From the NCBI GenBank assembly GCA_033763905.1, contig JANRJP010000028.1, positions 1 through 56,438 of the forward strand: a DNA stretch of 56,438 bases, read 5' to 3'. This stretch comes from Gemmatimonadaceae bacterium. GTDB taxonomy: Bacteria > Gemmatimonadota > Gemmatimonadetes > Gemmatimonadales > Gemmatimonadaceae. Positions 8,596 through 18,806 of the stretch are shown here, one piece after another; positions within the stretch are counted from its first letter, which is position 1, and the number at the start of each line of letters is the position of its first letter. The position numbers and the translations under genes were made by a program. The notes below the pieces were generated by a model, which worked only from the letters and a program-made list of their open reading frames with translations, had not been told where the DNA came from and did no database searches.

Positions 8596-9828
8596 TTACC
8601 GCGTGGCGCTTGGGTAGCGCGTCGCTACGTAGTCGTTGAGAATCTCGAGAAACTCCGGCACGATCGTGTCGCCCTTGAGCGTCGTGCGAAGCTTGCCGTC
8701 GACGTAGACCGGGGCCTTGGGCTCTTCAAACGTGCCCGGGAGCGAAATGCCGATGTTCGCGTGCTTCGACTCGCCCGGCCCGTTCACGACGCAGCCCATC
8801 ACGGCCACCTTCATCTCTTCGACGCCGGGATGCGCGCCCTTCCAGATCGGCATCTGTTCGCGGAGATAGCCCTGAATGTCTTCCGCCATCTTCTGGAAGA
8901 AGGTGCTCGTCGTGCGTCCGCACCCCGGACAGGCGGTCACCTGCGGCGCGAAGGAGCGAAGGCCCAGCGACTGCAGAATCTGCTGCGCGACGAAGACTTC
9001 CTCGCGACGATCGCCGCCCGGCTTCGGTGTGAGTGAGACACGAATGGTATCCCCGATGCCGTCGGCCAGCAGAATGCCGAGCGCGGCTGCCGACGCCACC
9101 TGCCCCTTCATTCCCATCCCGGCTTCGGTGAGCCCCAGGTGCAGCGGGAAGTCGCAGCGCGCGCCAAGCATCCGGTACACGCGCACCAGCAGCGGGACTT
9201 CGGAGATCTTCGCCGAGAGAATGATCTGGTCGTGGCGCAGCCCGGTCTCTTCGGCGAGGGCCGCCGAGCGCAGCGCCGACTGGATCATCGCTTCGAGATA
9301 GACATCGGTGGCGTCGAGGGGGGTTGGACGCGCGGCATTCTCGTCCATCATCGTCGTCAGGAGATCCTGATCGAGCGAGCCCCAATTCACGCCAATGCGC
9401 ACCGGCTTGTCGTGCGCGATCGCGACCTTGATGATCTCAGTGAAGTTCGCGTCGCGGTGCTTGGTGCCGACGTTCCCCGGATTGATGCGATACTTGTCGA
9501 GCGCCGCCGCCGCTTTGGGGTACTTGGTGAGCAGCAGGTGCCCGTTGTAGTGGAAGTCTCCGACGAGCGGGACGTCGAGCCCGAGGTCGTCGAGGCGCTG
9601 CCGGATCTCGGGGACGGCCGCGGCCGCCTCGTCGTTGTTCACCGTGATGCGTACGACCTGCGACCCGGCGGTGAAGAGATCGGCGACCTGCGTGGCCGTC
9701 GCGGCCGGATCGGCCGTGTCGGTGTTGGTCATCGACTGGACGACGATCGGGTGCTCGGATCCCTTGAAGACCGAGCGAACCTTGACCGAGACGGTGGAGC
9801 GACGGGGAGTGTAGCCGACGGGGCGCAT
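8596..9828 (-). CDS. ispG: (E)-4-hydroxy-3-methylbut-2-enyl-diphosphate synthase
   Basis: [62 protein letters not shown]. Confidence 0.97.
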   Translation of the reverse strand: MRPVGYTPRRSTVSVKVRSVFKGSEHPIVVQSMTNTDTADPAATATQVADLFTAGSQVVRITVNNDEAAAAVPEIRQRLDDLGLDVPLVGDFHYNGHLLLTKYPKAAAALDKYRINPGNVGTKHRDANFTEIIKVAIAHDKPVRIGVNWGSLDQDLLTTMMDENAARPTPLDATDVYLEAMIQSALRSAALAEETGLRHDQIILSAKISEVPLLVRVYRMLGARCDFPLHLGLTEAGMGMKGQVASAAALGILLADGIGDTIRVSLTPKPGGDRREEVFVAQQILQSLGLRSFAPQVTACPGCGRTTSTFFQKMAEDIQGYLREQMPIWKGAHPGVEEMKVAVMGCVVNGPGESKHANIGISLPGTFEEPKAPVYVDGKLRTTLKGDTIVPEFLEILNDYVATRYPSATR

Positions 9829-9885
9829 TGTTGCCGGATGAGAGTCAGAAGGCGAAATATAGCGGACCCTTACCCGCGATCCTCG

Positions 9886-10302
9886 ATGACCGACACTCCT
9901 GCCAACGCCCCCGCCCCCGGCCCGGGTTTCTTCCGACGGAACTGGGGGAAGCTCACGATTCTCTCGCTGATGAGCGGGTTTCTGCTGGTCATCGGCGTCT
10001 GGTCGGCCTTCACGATCTTCTTCGTGTACTCCGAAGGGTCGCGCGTCGGCTTCGCGCAGAAGCTCTCCCAGAAGGGGTGGCTCTGCAAAACGTGGGAAGG
10101 GGAAATCGCGATGGCGACCGTGCCCGGTGTGATGCCCGAACGCTTCGCCTTCACCGTCCACAGCGACTCGTTGGCCCAGGCCATTCGCGCGCTCGAAGGG
10201 CGTCGGATCACCCTGCAGTACACGCAGCACCGGTTCCTGCCGAACAGCTGTTTCGGCGAAACCGAGTACTGGGCGTCCGGCGTCGCCGTGGCCCCCGAGT
10301 AA
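9886..10302 (+). CDS. Conserved hypothetical single-pass membrane protein
   Basis: TM helix followed by YSEGSRVG...[20 protein letters not shown] overlap with the next gene. Confidence 0.75.
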   Translation: MTDTPANAPAPGPGFFRRNWGKLTILSLMSGFLLVIGVWSAFTIFFVYSEGSRVGFAQKLSQKGWLCKTWEGEIAMATVPGVMPERFAFTVHSDSLAQAIRALEGRRITLQYTQHRFLPNSCFGETEYWASGVAVAPE

Positions 10303-11570
10303 TGCGACACGCGGCCGTCGGCATTGCGGGACTGGTGCTGGCAGCGGCGCTGCCGGCACAGGTGTCCGTCCCGCTGCCGCCGCCGCGAGATACGGCGGCC
10401 GCGTTCGACGACGTGCCGGATAGCCGCTGGCGGCAGACGCTCGTGCTCCGCGGCACCTGGCGCGGGTACGCGATCGATGAAGCCAGCGGCACCGACTACC
10501 GGATTCGCGAGCAGGTCGGCAGTGCGATGTATCAACTGCGCGGCGACCGGCTGAGCCTGCGATTGGAGTTCGCCCCGGTCCGGTATCAGGCCACCGCGCA
10601 GACGACGGCGCCGCAGACGACGTCCGTGGCGGGTCTCACGCCGATCATCGCGCGCGCCGATTGGCGCTGGCGCGACGGGGACACCACGCGACTGTACGTG
10701 CGTTCGGGCACGCGTCCCGCCGCGCTCGATACCGCCCAGTCGCGCGCCATCGGCGCTGCCGGCACCTCGACGCTCGACCTCGAAGGCGGTGCGCTCGGTG
10801 CGCAAGCCATTCTCGGCGTCCGGCACGTGGCGCAGGTGTTCACGCGCGATCGGCTGTCGATCGCGGTGCGCAGTGCGATCGAGCTGTCACCGACGCCCGG
10901 CGGCACCGACTTCACGTACTGGACGGGCACCACGCTGCGTGCCGGCGGCGTCGTCGCCTGGGGGCTGGGGTCGGACGGTCGGGCGCGCGCCGGCGTCGAT
11001 GTCTCGCGCGCCTTCGCCGACGATCTCGGGGGGCGCAACCTGTTCCCCGGTGGCGGGAGCGTGAATCTGGATCTGCGCGCCGAAGGCCCCCTTGATGGGG
11101 CCGACGGATCGACCTACGGCGCCGTCCAAGGCTTCTGGCAGATTCCGTACGACAACGGCAACGCGGATGTCCTGACGCGACTGATTCCGCAGGGTCAGTT
11201 CTTCGGCGGCACGGCACTGCTCACCACACACGTCGGTCGCCTCGATATCGGCCCGACGCTGTCGGTGTTCGGTGAGCGGAGTCGCGCCGATGCCCGCTTC
11301 TCGATCACCACGACGAACGGACGTCCATTGCCCGGGGAAGCGCGGAAGACGGCGTTCGGCTGGTCGGCGGTCGTCGGGGTCACCGCCACGCTCACCCTCA
11401 GCGATGCCGTGGATCTCACGCTCGATGCCGGACTGGCGCGCGCGGGCATCGATCTTCGTGAGCGCACACAAATCGCGCGGCCGCTCCGTCCACCCGTCGG
11501 CACCGAAACCCGACGCGAGAACGCGATTCGTGGTGGCACGGTGACGATGGAGCTGGCGGTGCGCTGGTAA
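10302..11570 (+). CDS. Putative outer-membrane beta-barrel protein
   Basis: Signal peptide, alternating amphipathic strands, terminal aromatic residue (MELAVRW). Confidence 0.65.
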   Translation: MRHAAVGIAGLVLAAALPAQVSVPLPPPRDTAAAFDDVPDSRWRQTLVLRGTWRGYAIDEASGTDYRIREQVGSAMYQLRGDRLSLRLEFAPVRYQATAQTTAPQTTSVAGLTPIIARADWRWRDGDTTRLYVRSGTRPAALDTAQSRAIGAAGTSTLDLEGGALGAQAILGVRHVAQVFTRDRLSIAVRSAIELSPTPGGTDFTYWTGTTLRAGGVVAWGLGSDGRARAGVDVSRAFADDLGGRNLFPGGGSVNLDLRAEGPLDGADGSTYGAVQGFWQIPYDNGNADVLTRLIPQGQFFGGTALLTTHVGRLDIGPTLSVFGERSRADARFSITTTNGRPLPGEARKTAFGWSAVVGVTATLTLSDAVDLTLDAGLARAGIDLRERTQIARPLRPPVGTETRRENAIRGGTVTMELAVRW

Positions 11571-11873
11571 TGTGCAGTAACGCGCGGTAACGCGCGGTCG
11601 TGCACGGTGGCGTCCCCGGGTGCACCGCCCGCCCACCGGATGCGGTGGCCCGATGCAATGGAATGATGCGAACGGCCATCGATCCGCAGTTGTGCAACGG
11701 CTTGGGGCCGACTAGCCTTTTCCGCCGGGAACGCGTGATCGTGCGCGAAAACGTGTTTCCACGAAGGGCCAGTGCGGGTGGCCCGCAAGGACCCGCGAAC
11801 ACTGGTGATGGTCGGATGTGGTTGGCGCTCGGCTCGCTTCACCCGACGGTCACAAAAGCTACGAGGTAGGGCA

Positions 11874-12086
11874 ATGCGTACGACCGGCAAGGTGAAGTGG
11901 TTCAACGACGCGAAGGGTTTCGGCTTCATCACTCCCGACAACGGCACGAAGGATTGCTTCGTGCACTACTCGGCGATCCAGGGCAACGGCTTCAAGACCC
12001 TGGCCGAAGGTGACACGGTGGAATTCGACATCGTGCAGGGGCAGAAGGGCCCCGCGGCCGAAAACGTGACCCGCGTCGGCAAGTAA
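11874..12086 (+). CDS. Cold-shock protein (CspA family)
   Basis: [15 protein letters not shown] (RNP1), CFVHYSAI (RNP2); RBS GAGGT. Confidence 0.97.
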   Translation: MRTTGKVKWFNDAKGFGFITPDNGTKDCFVHYSAIQGNGFKTLAEGDTVEFDIVQGQKGPAAENVTRVGK

Positions 12087-12106
12087 CTCGACCGAGCGTC
12101 AACAAC

Positions 12107-12140
12107 GGGGCGTCTCTCCTTGCGGAGAGGCGCCCTGTTC
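12107..12140 (+). terminator. Terminator hairpin after csp
   Basis: GGGCGTCTCTCC-TTGC-GGAGAGGCGCCC then TGTTC. Confidence 0.65.
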
Positions 12141-12146
12141 GCTTGG

Positions 12147-13445
12147 ATGCCCTCTATCGTGACGAACACCGCTCCCATTGTCGTGGTCGGCGGCGGCATC
12201 GCCGGCCTCATTGCCGCCCGGGTGCTCGCGGCGGTTCCAGCCGCTCCGCCGGTATTGCTCTTCGAGGCCGCACCACAGCTCGGCGGCCGCGTGCACACGC
12301 GCCGCGTCGCGGGATACACCCTCGACGCAGGCTTTCAGGTCCTGTTCGAAGGCTACCCCACACTGCGGTCGCATCTCGATCTCGCGGCGCTCGAGATGCG
12401 GTGGTTCGTTCCCGGCGCCCGCATCGTCGATGCGGATGGCACGGTGCGTACGATGGGCGACGCCTTGGCGGATCCCGCGCTGTTGTGGCCGAGTCTGACG
12501 CAAGGCGCGATGGCGTGGCCGGATCTGCTCCGTCTGCTCTCGCTGCGACAGTTCGCGCGTTCGCTCGATGATGCCGCGTGCTTCGCGCCACCGTATTGCG
12601 CGATCTCGACGCTCGATTTTCTGCGCGAGCGGGGATTCAGCAGCCGAGCGATCGCGCGGTTCTTTGCGCCGTTCTATGGCGGCATCCTGCTCGATCGCTC
12701 GCTGGCCTCGTCGGCATCGGTCCTGCTGTTCACGTTGCGAATGCTCGGGAGTGGCCGCACCGGCGTCCCGGCCCACGGGATGGGCGCGGTCGCGACGCAG
12801 CTGGCGTCGGCACTCGCGCCATCACAGATCCGAACGTCCACGGTCGTCCGCGCCATCACCGCCGAGCAGGGTCGGGCCACGGGGGTGGTGCTCACCGACG
12901 GTAGCCACACGGCCGCTTCGGCGGTCGTCCTCGCGACGGATGCGCCGACCGCGGTCCAGTTGGCGGCCACGGCTGGTGTGGCGTTGGCCCTGCCAATCGA
13001 CGGGCGCGCCGTGCGCACCTTCTACTTCGGGACGCGCACGTCCTGCCTTCGCGGCCGCGCGCTCTGGTTGAACGCCGATCCGGCAGCGGTGGTCAGCCAC
13101 GCGGTGACGATGAGCGACGTGGCCGCGGAGTATGCCCCCGCGGGGCAGCACCTGATTGCCGCCTCGACCTTGGGTCCCGACGCCGATGAAGCGGGTGTCC
13201 GTGCGGACCTCGTGCGGATGAGCGGTCGCGAGTTTCCGGGCGACGGGGAACTGCTCGCCGTCGATGCGATTCCCTTCGCCCAGTTCGACCAACCGCCGCG
13301 CGCGACGCGTCTGGCGATCTCGCCGACGACGGCGCTGCCCGGCTTGGTGCTGGCCGGCGAGTATCTGCATTCGAGCTCGCTCGAGGGAGCCGCAATTGGC
13401 GGCACGCGCGGTGCCGATGCCGTGCTCTCGTATCTCGCGCTGTAG
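12147..13445 (+). CDS. FAD-dependent oxidoreductase (amine oxidase/phytoene dehydrogenase-like)
   Basis: VVVGGGIAGL, EAAPQLGGRV, DAGFQVL, LAGEY...SLEGAAIGG. Confidence 0.85.
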   Translation: MPSIVTNTAPIVVVGGGIAGLIAARVLAAVPAAPPVLLFEAAPQLGGRVHTRRVAGYTLDAGFQVLFEGYPTLRSHLDLAALEMRWFVPGARIVDADGTVRTMGDALADPALLWPSLTQGAMAWPDLLRLLSLRQFARSLDDAACFAPPYCAISTLDFLRERGFSSRAIARFFAPFYGGILLDRSLASSASVLLFTLRMLGSGRTGVPAHGMGAVATQLASALAPSQIRTSTVVRAITAEQGRATGVVLTDGSHTAASAVVLATDAPTAVQLAATAGVALALPIDGRAVRTFYFGTRTSCLRGRALWLNADPAAVVSHAVTMSDVAAEYAPAGQHLIAASTLGPDADEAGVRADLVRMSGREFPGDGELLAVDAIPFAQFDQPPRATRLAISPTTALPGLVLAGEYLHSSSLEGAAIGGTRGADAVLSYLAL

Positions 13446-13454
13446 TCCGCCGTT

Positions 13455-13826
13455 CTAGCGGGGACTTGGCGGTCGTCCCCGTCGCACCGGGACGACCCGC
13501 TCGACCACATCGGACATCCGCGCCATCAGCGCCGACCGAACGGCGGCGAGGTCCACGCGGATCTCCAGCGGCCCCTCCGCGAGGACGCCTCCGGCCGACA
13601 CCAACTGCTCGGCGAGGTGGAGCGCGGATCGCGTGTCGCTCCCGATGACTGGTTGAATCTGAAGGGCGATTGCGAGCCGGAGCAGGCCGTCGTCGTGGAT
13701 GCGCCGCGCGACGCCCTGACCGCCTTTCGACACGCCGACGATGTCGTGCCGAGCGAGCAGGACATCGAGAGCGGCGTACGGGACGTCAAGCGCAAGTGAC
13801 GCGGCACGAACGTCGTAGGACGGCAC
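13455..13826 (-). CDS. Hypothetical protein, possible MerR-like HTH with C-terminal RRGRP
   Basis: GTG start 6 nt after TAGATT; N-terminal helix pattern with a GQGVARR wing-like segment. Confidence 0.6.
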   Translation of the reverse strand: MPSYDVRAASLALDVPYAALDVLLARHDIVGVSKGGQGVARRIHDDGLLRLAIALQIQPVIGSDTRSALHLAEQLVSAGGVLAEGPLEIRVDLAAVRSALMARMSDVVERVVPVRRGRPPSPR

Positions 13827-13887
13827 ACAAATAATCTACAACACAGCAGACAATTAGCAAATCGCTAAAGTTCTGCTTTATCGCAGA

Positions 13888-15276
13888 TTATTTATCAACG
13901 GCGAGTTGGGCTTCGCGCAGTTGCTCGGCCACCGCGGCGGGGCCGGTGCTGCCCGGCACGGTGCGGCGCGCGAGGGACGCCTCGACCGTGAGCGCGGCAC
14001 GCACGTCGGGTTGGATGGCTGAATGGGCGGCCATCAGCACCTCGAGCGGCAGCGACTCGAAGGGGACGCCACGCTGCTCCGACTCGCGCACGAGCCGACC
14101 CACCACACCGTGGGCCTCTCGGAACGGCACGCCCCGATCCACCAGGTAGTCGGCGAGGTCCGTGGCTAGGAGACCACCGGTGACCGCCGCACGCATCCGT
14201 TCTGCGTCGAAGCGGCACTCCGCGAGCGCGCCAGCCACGGCGGGCAGCACCAACTCCATCGTATCGCAGGCGTCGAAGAGCGCCCGCTTGTCGTCCTGCA
14301 GGTCCTTGTTGTAGCCCGACGGCAGGCCCTTGAGTGCGATCAGCACCCCGTGCAGGTCACCGACCAAGCGACCGGGGGCGCCCCGCGCGATCTCGAACAC
14401 ATCGGGGTTCCGCTTCTGCGGCATCATCGACGACCCCGTCGAAAACGCATCGCCAAACCGCACGAAGCCGAACTCGCTGGTGCCAAACAGAATGAGATCC
14501 TCGGCGAGCCGCGAGAGGTGGACGCCGAGCAGCGCGATGGCATAGAGCGCATCCGCGATGAAGTCGCGATCACCGGTCGCGTCGATCGAATTCGGCGAGA
14601 TCGACGCAAAGCCCAAGGCTTGCTGCACCTGCGCTCTGGGGATCGGAAACGCCGTCCCCGCGATGGCCCCAGACCCCAAGGGCATCACTGACGCCCGATC
14701 TCGCGCTTGCAGCAGTCGCTCCCGATCCCGAACCAACGGCCAGCAGTGCGAGAGCATCCAGTGCGCCGCCAAGACGGGCTGAGCCCGCTGCAGGTGCGTA
14801 TAGGCCGGCATCACCGTTCCCGCCGCCAGCAGCGACTCGGCGTGCGCGAGGATCACCGCTTGCACGCGTCGCACGGCGGTGTCGAGCTGCTCAAGGGCGG
14901 CCATCACCCAGAGACGGCTCGCCGTGGCCACCTGATCGTTGCGCGACCGACCGGTGTGCAGCCGGGACGCCGGCTCCCCGACGACGTCGTGCAGCAAGCG
15001 GTCGATCAGCGTGTGGACGTCCTCGTCGCTCGGCAGAATGCTCACACCGGCGGCTAGCCGATCGGCCACTTGATCGAGTCCGGCGACCACCGCCGCCGCA
15101 TCCGCCTCGGAGTAAATGCCAGCAGACACCAGCGCGCGGGCCCAGGCCTTGGACAGACGAATGTCGTGGGGCCAGAGGCGGAGATCGGTGCCGATCGAGT
15201 TGTTGAGCGCCCGGAGGGCGTCGGCGGGGGCGGCATCGAAGCGGCCACCCCACAATTGATGCGGGCCTTCGCTCAT
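13888..15276 (-). CDS. argH: Argininosuccinate lyase
   Basis: LWGGRF, HTGRSRNDQ, MPAYTHLQRAQP, STGSSMMPQKRNPD, YNKDLQDDK. Confidence 0.97.
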   Translation of the reverse strand: MSEGPHQLWGGRFDAAPADALRALNNSIGTDLRLWPHDIRLSKAWARALVSAGIYSEADAAAVVAGLDQVADRLAAGVSILPSDEDVHTLIDRLLHDVVGEPASRLHTGRSRNDQVATASRLWVMAALEQLDTAVRRVQAVILAHAESLLAAGTVMPAYTHLQRAQPVLAAHWMLSHCWPLVRDRERLLQARDRASVMPLGSGAIAGTAFPIPRAQVQQALGFASISPNSIDATGDRDFIADALYAIALLGVHLSRLAEDLILFGTSEFGFVRFGDAFSTGSSMMPQKRNPDVFEIARGAPGRLVGDLHGVLIALKGLPSGYNKDLQDDKRALFDACDTMELVLPAVAGALAECRFDAERMRAAVTGGLLATDLADYLVDRGVPFREAHGVVGRLVRESEQRGVPFESLPLEVLMAAHSAIQPDVRAALTVEASLARRTVPGSTGPAAVAEQLREAQLAVDK

Positions 15277-15290
15277 TGCATAAAAATACA
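15277..15290. promoter_or_regulatory. ARG box overlapping the argH -10 element
   Basis: TGCATAAAAATACA versus ArgR core TGAATwwwwATTCA; abuts the argH start codon. Confidence 0.7.
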
Positions 15291-15307
15291 CAACGGTGAG
15301 CGCAAAG

Positions 15308-15769
15308 TCATCCCTCGGCCTTGGCGAGGAGACGGAGTTTCCGCTGAATCTTCTCGCGCGCGGCCGGGGATCGGCACACCAGCAGGATCGTGTTCTCGCC
15401 GGCAATGGTGCCGATCAGCTCGGGCCACCCCGCAAGGTCGATCGCCTCGGACACCGGCTGCGCCCCGCCGCTCGACGTCTGGAGCACGCAGAGCTCGGAG
15501 ACGCCATCGACGCTGACGAAAAAGCGCGGGAGCATCTCCTCGAGCCGCGGCCGGTCCTCGGGCACCGAGGCCGACGTGAAGGCATAGCGCACGCCGTCCG
15601 AGGTCGGGACCCGCGCAAGTCGCATCTCGCGGAGGTCACGAGAGAGTGTCGACTGGGTGACATCCCATCCCCGATGCAGCAGCAGGCGGCGTAATTCCTC
15701 CTGGCTGCCAATCGGGCGCGCTTCGATCAGTTCGCGGATCGCCCGCTGGCGATCGGTCTTGTTGGCCAT
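15308..15769 (-). CDS. argR: Arginine repressor
   Basis: SQEELR...VTQSTLSRDLREM winged HTH; GTIAGENT arginine-binding motif. Confidence 0.96.
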   Translation of the reverse strand: MANKTDRQRAIRELIEARPIGSQEELRRLLLHRGWDVTQSTLSRDLREMRLARVPTSDGVRYAFTSASVPEDRPRLEEMLPRFFVSVDGVSELCVLQTSSGGAQPVSEAIDLAGWPELIGTIAGENTILLVCRSPAAREKIQRKLRLLAKAEG

Positions 15770-15828
15770 AGATCCGTGCTATCCTCCGGAGAGCAGAATA
15801 CCCGGGACGGTCGCGGGAGGACAGCGGA

Positions 15829-15878
15829 TTGACACCACCTCGGCGAATAGATATTCATTCACTATGCATAAAATTCCC
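15829..15878 (+). promoter_or_regulatory. argC promoter with tandem ARG boxes
   Basis: TTGACA at 15829; cores CGAATAGATATTCA (15844-15857) and TGCATAAAATTCCC (15865-15878) spaced 7 nt apart, as in canonical tandem 18-bp boxes. Confidence 0.75.
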
Positions 15879-16826
15879 GTAGGCGTCCTCGGCGCGTCGG
15901 GGTACGCCGGACGGGAACTCGTCGCGTTGCTCCTCGATCACCCGCGACTCCACCTCGCCTTCGCCACGGCCAACAGCCAACGCGGCGACACCATTCGACT
16001 CGGGCGCCACACGGTGACCTTCGCCGGCACCGAGGACGTCGCACTGGCCGACGTGCGGCTCGTCTTCTCGGCGTTGCCCCACGGCGCGTCCGCCGAGTGG
16101 TGCGCCAAGGCGCGCGCGGCGGGCGCCAAGGTGGTCGATCTCTCCTCGGACCTGCGCCCCGGCCATCACGCGACGCTGCCGGCGATCTACGGCCTGACGG
16201 AGTTCGATCGTGCGGCCATTCGTGCCGCCGACGTCGTCGCGAATCCCGGTTGCTACCCGACGTCGATTCTGGTTGCGCTCGCTCCGCTCGTCCGGGCCAA
16301 CCTGATTGCCGACGGCGCGCTGGTGAGCGCCGCGAGCGCGAGCGGCGTCACTGGTGCGGGCCTGACGCCGCGCACCGATCTGCTCTTCGGCGAACTGAGT
16401 GAAGACTTCCGCGCCTACGGCACCGGCAACAGCCATCGCCATCTGCTCGAGATGCGCGAAACGTTGCGGTCCTGGGGCGGCGAGTGCGATCTGGTCTTCA
16501 CGCCCCACCTGCTGCCGGTGGCTCGCGGCATTCTGAGCACAATGCTCGTGCCGCTGCGCGCGCCGCTCGACCATCCGCTGCGCTTCTATCAAGACGCCTT
16601 CGCGGGCGAACCCTTCCTCGAAGTCGCGACCACGCCACCGACCCTGCACGACGTCCAGCGGCGCAACGTGGTGCGGGTGTGGGCGGGTATGGCCGCGGGC
16701 ACCCGTACACCCACCCTGCAGGTGATCTCGGCGATCGACAATCTCGTGAAGGGCGCGGCGGGCCAAGCCTTGCAGAACGCCAATCTGATGCTGGGGCTCG
16801 ACGAGACGCTCGGCCTCCCAGGGTGA
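15864..16826 (+). CDS. argC: N-acetyl-gamma-glutamyl-phosphate reductase
   Basis: GASGYAG, ALPHG, ANPGCYPTS, SGVTGAG, FTPHL, IDNLVKGAAGQA. Confidence 0.97.
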   Translation: MHKIPVGVLGASGYAGRELVALLLDHPRLHLAFATANSQRGDTIRLGRHTVTFAGTEDVALADVRLVFSALPHGASAEWCAKARAAGAKVVDLSSDLRPGHHATLPAIYGLTEFDRAAIRAADVVANPGCYPTSILVALAPLVRANLIADGALVSAASASGVTGAGLTPRTDLLFGELSEDFRAYGTGNSHRHLLEMRETLRSWGGECDLVFTPHLLPVARGILSTMLVPLRAPLDHPLRFYQDAFAGEPFLEVATTPPTLHDVQRRNVVRVWAGMAAGTRTPTLQVISAIDNLVKGAAGQALQNANLMLGLDETLGLPG

Positions 16827-17590
16827 TTCACGTGCGCGTGCTCAAGATCGGCGGGCGGCCACAGCAGGATCCCGCCGTCCTCGACGCCCTGCGCCTCGCG
16901 TGGCTGGCGGCGCCGGGCAGCTTCGTGCTGGTACACGGAGGCGGCGACGAGCTGTCCACACTGCAGCGTGCCTTTGGTCGGGAGCCGCAGTTCATCGCGG
17001 GTCGGCGCGTAACTGACGACGCCGACATCGACCTCGTGCGAATGACGCTGTCCGGGGCGGCCAACAAGCGATTGGTCTCGGCGCTGGCGGACGCCCGCGC
17101 CGTGGGCATCAGCGGCGAAGACGGCGGCGTATTGCGTGCGGTTCGGACATCCGACCAGGCACTGGGACGTGTCGGGGTGCCCGCCGCGAGCGATCCCGCG
17201 CTGCTGCGACTCCTGCTGTCGGCGGGCCATCTTCCGGTGGTTTCGCCTGTGGCGCAGTCCACCGAGGACGGCGGCGCGTACAACGTGAACGGCGACGACG
17301 CCGCGGCCGCGATCGCCGTGGGACTCGGCGCCTCCGAGCTCGTGCTGGTCTCCGACGTGGCGGCGGTGCTCGATCACGGCGCGCCGTTGGCGTCGCTCAC
17401 CGCCGAGGACGCGCGCGCGATGATCGCCGATGGGCGCGCCTCCGGCGGTATGGTTCCCAAGCTGGATGCGGCGCTGCTCGCGCTCGCGCGCGGCGTCCCA
17501 CGCGTTCGCATCGGCAATCTGACGGCCATTCATTCACGCGAAGCGGGCACCGTCGTGCACGCCGCAGCGTTCGAGGGTTCTCCGCAATGA
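16823..17590 (+). CDS. argB: Acetylglutamate kinase
   Basis: VLKIGG, VHGGG, GRRVTD, NVNGDDAA, SGGMVPKL; GTGA overlap with argC. Confidence 0.93.
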   Translation: MIHVRVLKIGGRPQQDPAVLDALRLAWLAAPGSFVLVHGGGDELSTLQRAFGREPQFIAGRRVTDDADIDLVRMTLSGAANKRLVSALADARAVGISGEDGGVLRAVRTSDQALGRVGVPAASDPALLRLLLSAGHLPVVSPVAQSTEDGGAYNVNGDDAAAAIAVGLGASELVLVSDVAAVLDHGAPLASLTAEDARAMIADGRASGGMVPKLDAALLALARGVPRVRIGNLTAIHSREAGTVVHAAAFEGSPQ

Positions 17591-18798
17591 CTGCTCCCAC
17601 GATTCCATCGCCGGTCACCCCGGTTGCGCCCACGACGGCCATTCTGGGCACGTACAAGCGGGCGCCGATGCCGTTCGTCCGCGGCAAGGGCGTGTATCTG
17701 TTCGACGACGCCGGTACGCCGTACCTGGATTTCGCGAGCGGCATCGCCGTGAATGCCCTCGGCTACGACGACGCCGGCGTGAAGCAGGCGATGCTCGGCG
17801 CCCTCGACAGTGGGCTCATCCACACGTCGAACCTGTATCGCACCCTGCCCGGTGAGCAGCTCGCGGCCCGTCTCGTGGAGCTCTCCGGGTTTGCGAGTCG
17901 CGCCTTCTTCTGCAACTCGGGCGCCGAAGCCAACGAAGGCGCGTTCAAGATCGCCCGCAAGTGGGCGCGCGAGATCGGGGGTCCGGCCAAGCACGAGATC
18001 ATCGCGGTGCGCGGGAGCTTCCACGGTCGGCTGTTCGCCACCGTCGCCGCGACGGATCGCCCCGCCTACCGGCTCCCGTTCCGACCGCTCGTCCCGGGCG
18101 TGCACATCGTGGAACGGGACCTCGGCGACTTGGATGCCGCGCTCAATCCCGAGACCGTCGCGGCGCTGATCGTGGAGCCGATTCAGGGCGAAGGCGGCGT
18201 GCGCGTGATCGACGCCTCGCTGTTGCAGGAAATGCGCCGGCTGACGCAACAGCGGAAGATCGCGTTCATCCTCGACGAGATTCAGTGCGGCCTCGGTCGC
18301 ACCGGACATCTGTTTGCGTTCGAGCGCGCGCAGCTCACACCGGACTTGGTCACGCTGGCCAAGCCGATGGCCGGTGGCTTGCCAATGGGTGCCGTGCTGA
18401 TGACCGACGAGTTCGCCACGGCGATGGCGCCCGGGGATCACGGGACCACGTTCGGTGGTGGCCCGTTCGTCGCGTCGGTGGCGTTGCACGTGCTGGAGCG
18501 CCTGGCCTCCCCGGCGTTGCTGGCGCACGTGCGCGAGCTGGGCGTACAGATGGCCGCGGGACTCGAGCGCATTCAGGAGCGCACCGGCCGAGTCCGCGCG
18601 ATTCGGGGTACGGGCCTGATGTGGGGGGTCGATGTCCACGAGGCCGCGGCGTCGGTGATCGAGCGTGCGCGGGGCCTTGGCCTGCTGGTCGTCAGTGCCG
18701 GCGAGCACACCCTCCGCCTGTTGCCCCCGCTCATTTTGACCTCGGAAGAGCTGCAGTTGGGCTTGCAGCGCTTGGAAGCGGCGATCACCTCGGGGTAG
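17587..18798 (+). CDS. argD: Acetylornithine aminotransferase
   Basis: DFASGIAVNALG, NSGAEANE, SFHGR, EPIQGEGG, DEIQCGLGRTG, LAKPMAGG, HGTTFGG. Confidence 0.93.
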   Translation: MTAPTIPSPVTPVAPTTAILGTYKRAPMPFVRGKGVYLFDDAGTPYLDFASGIAVNALGYDDAGVKQAMLGALDSGLIHTSNLYRTLPGEQLAARLVELSGFASRAFFCNSGAEANEGAFKIARKWAREIGGPAKHEIIAVRGSFHGRLFATVAATDRPAYRLPFRPLVPGVHIVERDLGDLDAALNPETVAALIVEPIQGEGGVRVIDASLLQEMRRLTQQRKIAFILDEIQCGLGRTGHLFAFERAQLTPDLVTLAKPMAGGLPMGAVLMTDEFATAMAPGDHGTTFGGGPFVASVALHVLERLASPALLAHVRELGVQMAAGLERIQERTGRVRAIRGTGLMWGVDVHEAAASVIERARGLGLLVVSAGEHTLRLLPPLILTSEELQLGLQRLEAAITSG

Positions 18799-18806
18799 TT
18801 TGCGGG

